DNA of 64,000 nucleotides from an uncultured Armatimonadetes bacterium (GTDB taxonomy: Bacteria; Armatimonadota; UBA5829; DTJY01). Numbering within the stretch: the stretch's first letter is position 1; every line of letters starts with the position of its first letter. Positions 20,556-30,128 of this stretch are shown here, one piece after another. Below the pieces are notes generated by a model, which was given only the letters and a program-made list of their open reading frames with translations, made no database searches and was not told where the DNA came from. The position numbers were made by a program, and so were the translations under genes. The stretch covers positions 5,056,001 through 5,120,000 of the forward strand of contig OY970325.1 in assembly GCA_963717145.1 (NCBI GenBank), written 5' to 3'.

Positions 20556-22923
20556 GCTCGGTATCATCACGGCCGTCGTGCTGCTGTTGGGTGGGCACGC
20601 CGCTGTCGCGGAGGAGGCAAAGAACGTGGAGATAAAGCTGGCCCACGTGTGGTCCGACAGACCGCTCGCAAAGACGGGCGACACGATCATGTTCGCCGCG
20701 TTTGTGGAGAACGCGGGCGAAGTCGAGGCGAAAGATGTCTCGGTGGAGCTGAAGTCTCCCTCAGGCATTTCAGTCGCCGAGCCGGTGCGCAGAGTGCCTT
20801 CGATCCCTGCCGGTTCGTATCAGCGGATCGACTGGAGACTGAAGGCCGAGAAGCCCGGTCCGGTCGATCTGGAAGTGACTGCATCCACGCAGAAGGCGTC
20901 TTACCGGATTCTGGTCATCGATCGGTCGGCGAAGTACAGCCGGCAGGAGCTTTGCACCGATGCGGACGGTTACTGGCATATTCTCGACAGACCGGCGACC
21001 CTCCAGCAGGGGAACGACAGTTCCCTGACGCCGATCAAGCACAAGAAATCCTCCGAGATCGGCCGCAACACCTACGGCATCTGCGCGCACGTGCCGAGGT
21101 CGAAGGACTACGAGGACCCGTTCAACCCGTCGCATCTCATTGACGGAGACGCGGAGTCGTGCTGGTCGAGCCATCAGAATCCCTCGGCCTATCCGGGCGT
21201 GCCCCCGTGGGCGCAGATCGACCTCGGCAAGCAGCACACGTTCAGGCAGGTCAACCTCATCCCGTACTGGCACAATACCGATTTCCCTCAGGGGTTCAGC
21301 GTCCTCACGAGCCTCGATGGCAAGTCGTGGGAGACCGCTCTGAAACAGGATAACTACGACCTCGCAGATCACGGCGAGAAGAGGGGCGACAAGCTCGCCC
21401 AGCCGTTTGTCCTCGACAAGGCCGTGAAGGCGCGGTACGTGCGCATCGAGTTCGAGCGGCTTCCCCTCTCCGGCGGCAACTACGCGGAGGTTTCGCAGGG
21501 ATGGAAGGCGCGGCTCTCCGGCATCGAGGTGCTGGACACCAGGAGTCGGAACGTCGCGCTCCTCGATCAGGGTGCGACCGTCAGGACGTGCGACTACTTC
21601 ACAGGCTGGCAGAACACCGCCAAGACCGTGAACGAGTCGTTCGACCGCATCTTCGATATCGGGTACAAGTGGGTGCGCATCAGTCAGTGGGGCGATCAGA
21701 CGGAGTGGGCCGCCATCGAGCGCGAGAAGGGCAAGTTCGAAGTGGACCCGAAGACCGACGCCGGGATCCGCAGGCTACTCGACAACGGCGTGGACATCCT
21801 CTATACCCTCGACTATGGGAACGCCCTGTACGAACGCCCCGACCCGCCGGGCGACATCGGGCCGATCTACATGGAAGGGCATCCTTTCTCGCTGAATTGC
21901 GGGCCTCGAACGGAGGAAGGGCGTCAGGCATTCGTGCGGTATGTCGACTATGTTGTGCGCAGATACGGCGACCGGATCAAGTGGTGGGAGCTTTGGAACG
22001 AGGAGAACGGCTGGTACCCGGGCTTCGAGCCGGAGCTTTACGGCAAGCTTCTCCTCGCAGTATCGAAGCACATCAAGGAGATCGATCCGACCTGCAAGGT
22101 CATGTTCGGAGGTACCGCCGCCCCTGCTCCCATCACCACCGAGATATCCCTGCGCGAGGGAGCGGCCCCATATCTGGACGCAACTGCATTCCATCCCTAC
22201 GGCATCGACAAGCCCGAGGGCGGCATGGGCACGATGGAGTACTATCAGGGAAAGAACCTGTCTCAGAGCCGCGAGCAGACCGGTTGGAACCACCTGGAGG
22301 AGATCATCGAGGGCGTTACGAAGCCGTTCGCCGAACATGGCAAGCCCAACGTTGAGGTTTGGCTGAACGAGTGGGGCACCAATCTCTCGGGCCTCGATTT
22401 CACCTACAAGCCGGGCATCGGCGAATACGGCTGCGCTAAGTACATGATGCGCTTCTACATCTACAGTGGATGGCTCAAGTCGCCTGCAGCGTGGTGGGCG
22501 CTCTATAACATGAACAGGAGCCAGGACTGGGGCATCATCGACCAGCACGACTACAGCCTCAGGCCGATGTCATACGCGGTCCAGAACGTCTGCAGTATCG
22601 TAAGCGACGTCGAGCCCATACGCAAGCTCGATTACACGTGCTATGGCGAATCGCCCGATCCGAAGGTGATCGGCTACACCAGGGACCGAAGCGGCGAGAC
22701 GCTCGTCCTGGCATGGGCGGCCGAGACGTTCAACGAGGATGTGAAGTCGTGCCCGAGCAATCTGTCGTTCAAGCTGGACTCCCGCCCGAAGCAGGTAGTA
22801 CTCACCGATCTCTACTGGGGCGTCTCGCAGTCCGCGGTCTGGTCATATGATGACGGCATGCTCACCGTCGAGGGGCTGATCGTGCGCGACTACCCGGTCG
22901 CGATCGAATGCCGAATGAAGTGA
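20539..22923 (+). CDS. secreted clan GH-A glycoside hydrolase with Ig/CARDB-like and F5/8 (CBM32) domains
   Basis: Signal peptide; discoidin domain LIDGDAESCWSS…WAQIDLG; catalytic-type motifs WELWNE, AFHPY and VWLNEWG. Confidence 0.72.
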   Translation: MTMIGRLGIITAVVLLLGGHAAVAEEAKNVEIKLAHVWSDRPLAKTGDTIMFAAFVENAGEVEAKDVSVELKSPSGISVAEPVRRVPSIPAGSYQRIDWRLKAEKPGPVDLEVTASTQKASYRILVIDRSAKYSRQELCTDADGYWHILDRPATLQQGNDSSLTPIKHKKSSEIGRNTYGICAHVPRSKDYEDPFNPSHLIDGDAESCWSSHQNPSAYPGVPPWAQIDLGKQHTFRQVNLIPYWHNTDFPQGFSVLTSLDGKSWETALKQDNYDLADHGEKRGDKLAQPFVLDKAVKARYVRIEFERLPLSGGNYAEVSQGWKARLSGIEVLDTRSRNVALLDQGATVRTCDYFTGWQNTAKTVNESFDRIFDIGYKWVRISQWGDQTEWAAIEREKGKFEVDPKTDAGIRRLLDNGVDILYTLDYGNALYERPDPPGDIGPIYMEGHPFSLNCGPRTEEGRQAFVRYVDYVVRRYGDRIKWWELWNEENGWYPGFEPELYGKLLLAVSKHIKEIDPTCKVMFGGTAAPAPITTEISLREGAAPYLDATAFHPYGIDKPEGGMGTMEYYQGKNLSQSREQTGWNHLEEIIEGVTKPFAEHGKPNVEVWLNEWGTNLSGLDFTYKPGIGEYGCAKYMMRFYIYSGWLKSPAAWWALYNMNRSQDWGIIDQHDYSLRPMSYAVQNVCSIVSDVEPIRKLDYTCYGESPDPKVIGYTRDRSGETLVLAWAAETFNEDVKSCPSNLSFKLDSRPKQVVLTDLYWGVSQSAVWSYDDGMLTVEGLIVRDYPVAIECRMK

Positions 22924-22948
22924 ACGTATAAGTCGGTGGAGTTGGGCA

Positions 22949-24874
22949 ATGAGCAAGCAGACGGAGACAGAAGCCACTTTGCCCGTTAGACGGGTCGCCA
23001 CAAGAAGAGCCGTCATAATCGGGCTGCTTCTGATCCCGCTCAACATCCACTGGCTGATAATAGCGGAGTTCAGATGGTATAACATCCTCACGCTGAATCC
23101 GCTTTTCGTCACACCGGTCTTCTATCTTTTCGTATTGGCAGGTGTGAATGCTCTGCTTCGCAGGTTTGCCCCTAAGCACAGGCTTGATCCCGGCGAACTT
23201 GTCGTCATCTATGCCATGCTGGTCATCTCGTGCACGATAGCATCTCACGACTACATTATCAACCTGATGGCAACGATGACCTGGGCCAAGTGGAGCGCGA
23301 CTCCATCGAACGGCATGGAGCGCGACGTGCTGCCATTGCTTCCGAGATGGCTCATAGTGAACGACAGGAATGCCCTTGCAGGCTATTTCACGGGCAACGC
23401 GAACATGTATGACCTTGCGGTTCTGCGCGCGTGGATCGTGCCCGCGGCCTTCTGGTCCGGGTTCATGGTGGTCTGTGGTCGGGTGATGCTCTGCCTAAGC
23501 TCCATCTTCAGGAAAGCCTGGGTTGACGACACGCGGCTCTCTTTCCCCATAGTGCGTCTGCCCCTCGCGCTATTGGACCCTGATACGAACGATTCTACAC
23601 TACGGTCTCGCGGGCTCTGGATCGGATTCGCAGTAGTTGCGGCCATAGATGTGCTCAATGGACTGCAGATGTGGTATCCGAACCTGCCGCATGTCCAGAC
23701 ACGCGCTTGGTTCCTCGAATTCAAGAATCCACCGTGGTCTGCGATGGGCGCATTGCCCGTCACATTCTATCCATTTGCCATTGGGCTGGGTTACCTGGTG
23801 CCGCTCGATGTATCATTCTCCTGTTGGTTCTTCCATCTCTTCATCAAGGCTCAGTCCGTGATCGGTTACCAGTTGGGCTATGGCAGCGTGCGCGACTTCC
23901 CATTCCAGCATGAGCAGGGAATCGGGGCGTGGTTTGCGTTCGGAATAATGCTGCTCTACATGAGCCGGAAGTACCTTCGCAGCGCCTGGCGTTCCGCTCT
24001 GGATCCTCAGAGCAAGCGCGAACCCGATGAAGCCATGTCCTATCGTGCTGCATTCCTTGGTCTTGGCGCGGGCGTGCTGCTTCTAATATGGTTCTGGCGC
24101 GCGGCCGGGATGGGATCGTTCTGGACATTGTTCACCATCGGCGTGTTCCTGCTCGTATCCATAAGCATCACACGGGTGCGCGCCGAAGCCGGCGGTCAAC
24201 ACGCGGTCTGGGACTTGGAGCCGATCAATCTCGCCGGCCTGTTCGGTTCGAACTACCTGGGTCCGGGCAATATGGCCGCCTCGGCGCTCAGTCACTGGTT
24301 CTGGCGGCTGCAACGCAGCCACATAATGCCCAGCCAGCTCGAGTGTTTGAAGCTCGCGAAAGACTGTCGGTTGAACCTGCGAAGCCTTGTCCGCCCGCTC
24401 ATTCTAGCGCTGGTGCTCTCGGTAGGTTTCGGCTTCTGGTCATGCCTGCACGTCGGGTATAGCGAAGGGGCGCTCGCCAAGTGTCTCGGCAATCCCGTGT
24501 GGACTGCCAATGAGTCATTCGGCTGGCTGCAGAATTCGGTACACAATGGCCTCCACCCGGAGACGGGACGATGGGCGGCCGTGGGATCATCCGCCTTGTT
24601 TGTGACACTGTTGTCCTGGCTGCGCACGAGATATGAGTGGTTTCCATTCCACCCACTTGGCTACTGCATAGGCAACGAGCTTCGATGGCACTGGACGCCG
24701 TTCTTCGTTGCCTGGCTCGCCAAGCTCTTAGTCCTGCGCTACGGCGGCTTGAGGATGTACAGCAGGACACTTCCCTTTTTCCTTGGCCTGGTGCTCGGAG
24801 ATTACATAACTTGTGCGCTATGGTCGCTGGTTGGCGCACTTTGGAACGTGCCGACCTATCAGATGTTTCACTAA
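22949..24874 (+). CDS. DUF6785/DUF6784-like polytopic membrane protein (putative OPT-like transporter)
   Basis: 641 aa with many TM segments; RLSFPIVRLP, PLDVSFSCWFF, TRVRAEAG, WFPFHPLGY and PFFLGLVLGD motifs. Confidence 0.7.
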   Translation: MSKQTETEATLPVRRVATRRAVIIGLLLIPLNIHWLIIAEFRWYNILTLNPLFVTPVFYLFVLAGVNALLRRFAPKHRLDPGELVVIYAMLVISCTIASHDYIINLMATMTWAKWSATPSNGMERDVLPLLPRWLIVNDRNALAGYFTGNANMYDLAVLRAWIVPAAFWSGFMVVCGRVMLCLSSIFRKAWVDDTRLSFPIVRLPLALLDPDTNDSTLRSRGLWIGFAVVAAIDVLNGLQMWYPNLPHVQTRAWFLEFKNPPWSAMGALPVTFYPFAIGLGYLVPLDVSFSCWFFHLFIKAQSVIGYQLGYGSVRDFPFQHEQGIGAWFAFGIMLLYMSRKYLRSAWRSALDPQSKREPDEAMSYRAAFLGLGAGVLLLIWFWRAAGMGSFWTLFTIGVFLLVSISITRVRAEAGGQHAVWDLEPINLAGLFGSNYLGPGNMAASALSHWFWRLQRSHIMPSQLECLKLAKDCRLNLRSLVRPLILALVLSVGFGFWSCLHVGYSEGALAKCLGNPVWTANESFGWLQNSVHNGLHPETGRWAAVGSSALFVTLLSWLRTRYEWFPFHPLGYCIGNELRWHWTPFFVAWLAKLLVLRYGGLRMYSRTLPFFLGLVLGDYITCALWSLVGALWNVPTYQMFH

Positions 24875-24945
24875 CCCACATTATTCATGACTTGCTCAGA
24901 ATGACATGAATCATGCGGCCAGTTGCAGTGTCAGGAGGTAACCGA

Positions 24946-26919
24946 ATGTATCTCGGAAGCGCGTGGTATCCGGAGCACTGGGACGAGTCGTACTGGGAGC
25001 AGGACGTTCGGCTGATGCACGAGGCCGGCTTCAACGTCGTGCGGATCGCCGAGTTTGCGTGGAGCAGGATGGAGCCGGAGGAGGGCCGATTCGAGCTTGG
25101 CTGGCTCGAACGAGTGGTCGAGCTTTGTGCCAAGTATGGCGTCGAGACGATCCTCGGCACGCCGAGCGCCTCGCCGCCCGCGTGGTTGACGCACAAGTAC
25201 CCCGAGACGCTGGCGGTCGGCATGGACGGACGCCGTGCCCAACATGGTCGCCGGCAGCACTACTCTCCCTCGAGTCTGCTCTACACGAAACTCTCCGTCC
25301 GTGTCGCCGAGGAGATGGCAACACGGTTCGGCCGGAATCCGCACGTCATCGGCTGGCAGATCGACAATGAGTTTGGGCCTGTCTCCTATGACGACGCGAC
25401 CAAAGGGCAGTGGCAGGAGTGGCTGAGGAAGAAGCACGGCACGCTCGACGCCCTGAACGATCACTGGTCCGCCGCGTTCTGGAGCCAGGAGTACTCGGCC
25501 TGGGAGCAGATTCCGCTCCCGTCCGGCTTCGACAACCCGCAGCTCGTGCTCGACTTCCGGCGGTTCATCACCCATGTCTACAAGACGTTCCAGCGCGCGC
25601 AGATCGATGTCATCCGGGAGCACGCCGAACCCCGGCAGTTGATCACGCACAACTTCATGGGCATCTGGCCGACCACCTTTGACCACTTTGAGCTGTCGGA
25701 GGATCTGGATATCGCTTCGTGGGACAGTTACATCAGCATCGGGCGACTTGATTACCACACGAATGGCTGCTCACACGACCTTACCCGCAGCTTCAAAAAG
25801 AAGAACTTCTGGGTCCTGGAGACGCAGATCGGACGGACCTGCGGTTCCGTACATCTGCCCGTTCAGACTCCGCTCGATGCCGGGGAGGTGCGGACCCTGA
25901 CGTGGCACCACGCCGGTCACGGGGCTGATGCGGCGCTCTACTGGGAATGGCGCGCTGCTCCGGGAGGTCAGGAGTATTACGCCGGCGTTGCGGTGATGCA
26001 GGACGGCCTGCCTGCGCGACTCTATCCGGAGCTTCAGCAGATCGGCAGGGAGTTCGCGTCGGCGTCACCGATTCTGGACGGGACTCAGCCCGTCTCGCAT
26101 GTCGCAATGATCCATGCGTATGAAGACCGCTGGCTGCTCGATGCGTATCGGCATCAGAAGAACTTCGAGCCGGTCAGCCACTTCGCAGCCTACTATCGGG
26201 CTGTCAGGTCGATAACCCACGAGATGGACTTCGTGCGTGCGACCGATCCTCTGGACGACTACAGGCTCGTGATTGCGCCCCACATGATGATCGTGGATGA
26301 GGAGCGCGCGCGCCGCTATATCAGCTACGTCGAATCGGGCGGACACCTCGTTTTGGGGGCTCGGTCCGGGGGGAAGGATGTGCACGGCAGGTGGCTGCAG
26401 TTGCGCCAACCGGGCCCGCTTGCAGGGCTGCTCGGCGCGCACGTGGATGAGTTCTACGGGCTCGACAAGCCCGTACCGGTTTCGGGGGAGTTCGGCGATG
26501 GAGAGGCGCGACTGTGGGCCGAGCTACTGGAGGTGGATTCGCCGGGCACGGATGTGCTGGCGCGCTATGAACCATGCAACGGTTGGCTGGACGGGCAGGC
26601 GGCTGTTGTGACTCGTTGTGTCGGCAGAGGTCGCGTAACCTACGTGGGGACATGGTTCGACGAGAAGGTCATGGGGTCTCTCGGTCGATGGCTGGTCGAA
26701 GTGAGCGGCGTCCAACCGGCATTCGGGCCGGTCCCCGACGGCGTCGAAGTCTGCAGGCGGGTAGGCGAAGGCCGCGAGGTCCTCATCATCATCAACCATT
26801 CGCAGTCCGAGCAATCCGTCGCCCTCCCAAGGCCGATGAAGGATGTCCTCACGGAAGTGCCTCTTGCTCAGTCGCTCGATATCCCACCGCTGGGAGTACT
26901 GGTACTGGTGCAACTGTGA
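24946..26919 (+). CDS. beta-galactosidase, GH42
   Basis: YLGSAWYPEHW, IAEFAWSRMEP, WQIDNE, THNFM and VLETQ motifs. Confidence 0.93.
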   Translation: MYLGSAWYPEHWDESYWEQDVRLMHEAGFNVVRIAEFAWSRMEPEEGRFELGWLERVVELCAKYGVETILGTPSASPPAWLTHKYPETLAVGMDGRRAQHGRRQHYSPSSLLYTKLSVRVAEEMATRFGRNPHVIGWQIDNEFGPVSYDDATKGQWQEWLRKKHGTLDALNDHWSAAFWSQEYSAWEQIPLPSGFDNPQLVLDFRRFITHVYKTFQRAQIDVIREHAEPRQLITHNFMGIWPTTFDHFELSEDLDIASWDSYISIGRLDYHTNGCSHDLTRSFKKKNFWVLETQIGRTCGSVHLPVQTPLDAGEVRTLTWHHAGHGADAALYWEWRAAPGGQEYYAGVAVMQDGLPARLYPELQQIGREFASASPILDGTQPVSHVAMIHAYEDRWLLDAYRHQKNFEPVSHFAAYYRAVRSITHEMDFVRATDPLDDYRLVIAPHMMIVDEERARRYISYVESGGHLVLGARSGGKDVHGRWLQLRQPGPLAGLLGAHVDEFYGLDKPVPVSGEFGDGEARLWAELLEVDSPGTDVLARYEPCNGWLDGQAAVVTRCVGRGRVTYVGTWFDEKVMGSLGRWLVEVSGVQPAFGPVPDGVEVCRRVGEGREVLIIINHSQSEQSVALPRPMKDVLTEVPLAQSLDIPPLGVLVLVQL

Positions 26920-27888
26920 CATCTCGGGAGAGGGTCAACGCCGCCATAGAGTTCAGATCGCCGGACATGGTCCCGTTCACTCACGTCTACTTCCCCGGCG
27001 CACTCTGGACCCACGGCTCAGAGGTGATCGAGCTGATGGAGCGCCATCCCGACGACTTCGGCAACCGGGACTTCCGGATTCCTCCCGAGCCGGCAGAGGT
27101 CATCGAAGAATACGCTGACGAATGGGGAACGATCTGGCGTCGAAGCAAGGGCTACTCCGCGGGCGAGGTCATGAAGCCCGCCCTGGAGACGTGGGACCGC
27201 TGGCGGGAATACACCTTCCCACCGGAGGGCCGACCCAATTCGCTTCTGGATCCCGATCGCGATTGGTATGCTTTGACAGGCTGGATCGACCTGTTCGAGC
27301 GGATGCAGTTCCTGCGCGGGACCGAGAACCTGCTCATGGACTTCGCGGAAGCTCGGCCTGAGCTCGACGAACTCGCCGACCGCATAGTTCAGCGAAACCT
27401 GCGGCTCATAGAGGGGTACATACGAGCCGGGGCGGACGGCATCTGGCTCTCGGACGACTGGGGCTCGCAGGACCGATTGCTCATCAATCCGACCCGGTGG
27501 CGGGAGTTCTTCAAGCCGAGATACCGTCGGATGATCGAGCTTATCCGTGACGCGGGGCGGCACGTTTTCTTCCACACCTGCGGCTGGACAGTGGACATCT
27601 GGGACGATCTGATCGAACTTGGTGTGAACGTCATCAACCCGCAGAACACGCTTTTCGAGCGCAAGACTCTGGAGGACAAGCTTGCCGGCAGAATCTGCGT
27701 CTTTGCGGATGCCGACCGCCAACGGGTCATGCCCTTCGGCACACCGGAGGAAGTCCAGGGAATTCGTGAGGAATACGATATCTACGTTAGATCGCTCGGG
27801 GGGCGTCATGCTCCGATTCGAGCTTGAGCCCGTCTGGCCGTATGAGAACATCGAGGCCATGTACGAGGCAATCAAGGAGTTCAGATGA
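26916..27888 (+). CDS. uroporphyrinogen decarboxylase / MtaA-CmuA family protein (indel near 27758)
   Basis: GTG start TSRERV, DEWG, LRGTEN, DDWGSQ and FHTCG motifs; C-terminus PYENIEAMY lies in a shifted frame. Confidence 0.82.
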
Positions 27889-29862
27889 GCGCTGCCACGC
27901 CAACACGCCGATTCCGGATGCGGGAGATCACGATCCTGCTGTCGGTCTTCATCGCCATCGGGGTTTTCGGCCTGCTGAACCGCCGGTTCATCGGCATCGA
28001 GCCCGCAACCGCCATCCTGGAGGGCGCATCCACCGACGGCCTGATGGTGATCGGCATGACCATCGTGATCGTCTGCGGCGCGTTCGACATGTCGGTCGGG
28101 TCGCCAGATGGCGCTCTGCGGACTGGTGGCCGCGCTGCTCATGAAGGCAGGAGCGCCCGTGCCGATCGCGGTGCTGTGCGCCCTGCTGACCGGCGTGCTC
28201 GCGGGATGGATCAACGGCACGATCGTCACCAAGCTGAAGATCAACCCCTTCATCACCACTCTCGGCACGATGAGCATCTTCCGCGGCATAGTCCTCGTGG
28301 TCACGAAGAGCAACCCGCCGACCGGATTCCCCGAGAGCTTCCTGAACCTCGCGTGGAGCAAGATACTCGGGATTCCGCTGCCGATAGTCCTTCTGATCGT
28401 CGCGATCATCGTCGGCGACCTGTTCCTCCGCCACCTGCGATACCTCCGGCAGGTCTACTTCGTCGGGAGCAACGAAGAGGCCGCCAAGCTCACCGGCATT
28501 CCGACAGCCAGGGTGAAGACGGTGGCGTTCGTCCTCACCGGATTCCTCGCGGCGTGGCGGGGGTGCTGGTCGCGGCCAGGGCGAATGCGGTCGACCCGAA
28601 CGGCGGCATGGGCGCTGAGTTGCGCGTCATCGCGGCGGTGATCGTCGGCGGCGCGAGCCTCTCCGGCGGGCGCGGCACGATACTCGGCTCGTTCCTCGGC
28701 CTCATGCTGATGCAGATCATCACCACCGGCCTCGTCTTCATCAACGTCGCCCCGGAGGCGCAACTCATCGCGGTCGGCCTCGTGCTGATTCTCGCGGCCG
28801 TCATCGATCAGGTCGGGTCATCGTGGGGCAGCCGCGTCGTCTCGCTGTTAACGACAACCAGGAGCAAGAAAGTGGAAAGAGCGATCAACGTAGTCCTCGT
28901 CCTAGTCATAATCGGCCTCGTGCTCGCCAGGTTCGGCGTAGAGACCGTCCGAAATCCACGGCTCGTCGATGTCAGTGACCAGCAATACGTGATGATCGCC
29001 GCCGCCACCGGCGCGCCGTACTGGATCGACTCGAAGGCCGGTCTCTACGACAAGGCGAAGGAGTTGGGCGTCAAAGCGATCTTCACCGGCCCGCAGACCG
29101 TCGATGTCAACCAGCAGATCGACGCCGTCAACCGCGCGATCGCCCAGCACGTCGATGGCATCATCATGGTCCCGATGGCCGATTCGGTGACGCCGGCGAT
29201 CAACAAGGCCATCGACGCCGGCATACCTGTGGTCTGCGCGGATGCCGATGCCCCGTCGAGCAAGCGATACACCTTCGTCGGAACGGGCAACTACAATGCC
29301 GGGTCGCCAGGTCGGGGAGCTGCTCGCCGAGAAGCTCGACGGCCGAGGCGAAGTCGCGCTGATCTACATCCCCGGCGCGGACAACCTGACTCAGCGGCTG
29401 AACGGCTGCAAGGACGCGCTGAAGAAGTTTCCGGGCATCGAGGTCGTCGCTGTCGGGAACGACCAGGGATCGCTGACCGAGGCCCAGAAGGTCTGCCGGA
29501 CGATCATGCAGGCGCATCCGAAGCTGGCAGGCTTCGGATGCGTCGATGCGGGAGGCGGACAGGGCGCCGCAGTCGCCGTCAAGGAGGCGGGCAAGATCGG
29601 CAAGGTGCACATCATCAGCATGGACCGCGACGAGGCGACATTGCAGTTCATCGATCAGGGCATCATCGATGCGTCGATCGGCCAGCGCACCTACACGATG
29701 TCATACACGGCGCTCCAGCTCGTCTACAACCTGCGAAACGATCAGATCCGCATGGTGGGCGACTGGAAGAAGATCGGCATCAGCCCTCTACCGCCACTGA
29801 TCGACACGGGCACCTTCGTGATCACGAAGGACAACGTCAAGGCGTTCGTGCATCAGCCCTGA
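27885..29862 (+). CDS. sugar ABC transporter: RbsC-type permease fused to RbsB-type binding protein (apparent indels)
   Basis: FDMSVG, PFITTLG, GSNEEAA and ELRVIAAVIVGGASL, then in the same frame the SBP motifs PYW…DADAPSS; indels near 28100, 28553 and 29305. Confidence 0.8.
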
Positions 29863-29868
29863 GGGGGT

Positions 29869-29971
29869 ACGATGCTTCGGTAGCAGAGGCCTGGCGGCGC
29901 TGCCGAAGCATCGTGGTGTCGTGACATGGTGCTTCGGCAGCGCCGCCAGGCCTCTGCTACCGAAGCATCGT
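29869..29971. repeat. long inverted repeat
   Basis: gatgcttcggtagcagaggcctggcggcgctgccgaagca and its reverse complement. Confidence 0.8.
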
Positions 29972-30128
29972 GGTGCCCCGTGTACCATCAGCGCTAGAGT
30001 CGGTGGGGTTTAGAAAACGGCGATACAGCGCACAATAATCCATGTGATCACCGCACGCACTCTTTGTCGCATCTCGGCAAGCGACCGGCCGCTGAGCCGA
30101 CAACACATGACCAAAGGATGGACGCAGC

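Noticed and set aside
15969-27888. Heme biosynthesis (hemE) assignment for the URO-D-like genes
   Set aside because: They lack the HemE W-x-MRQAGR motif, and the context is sugar catabolism.
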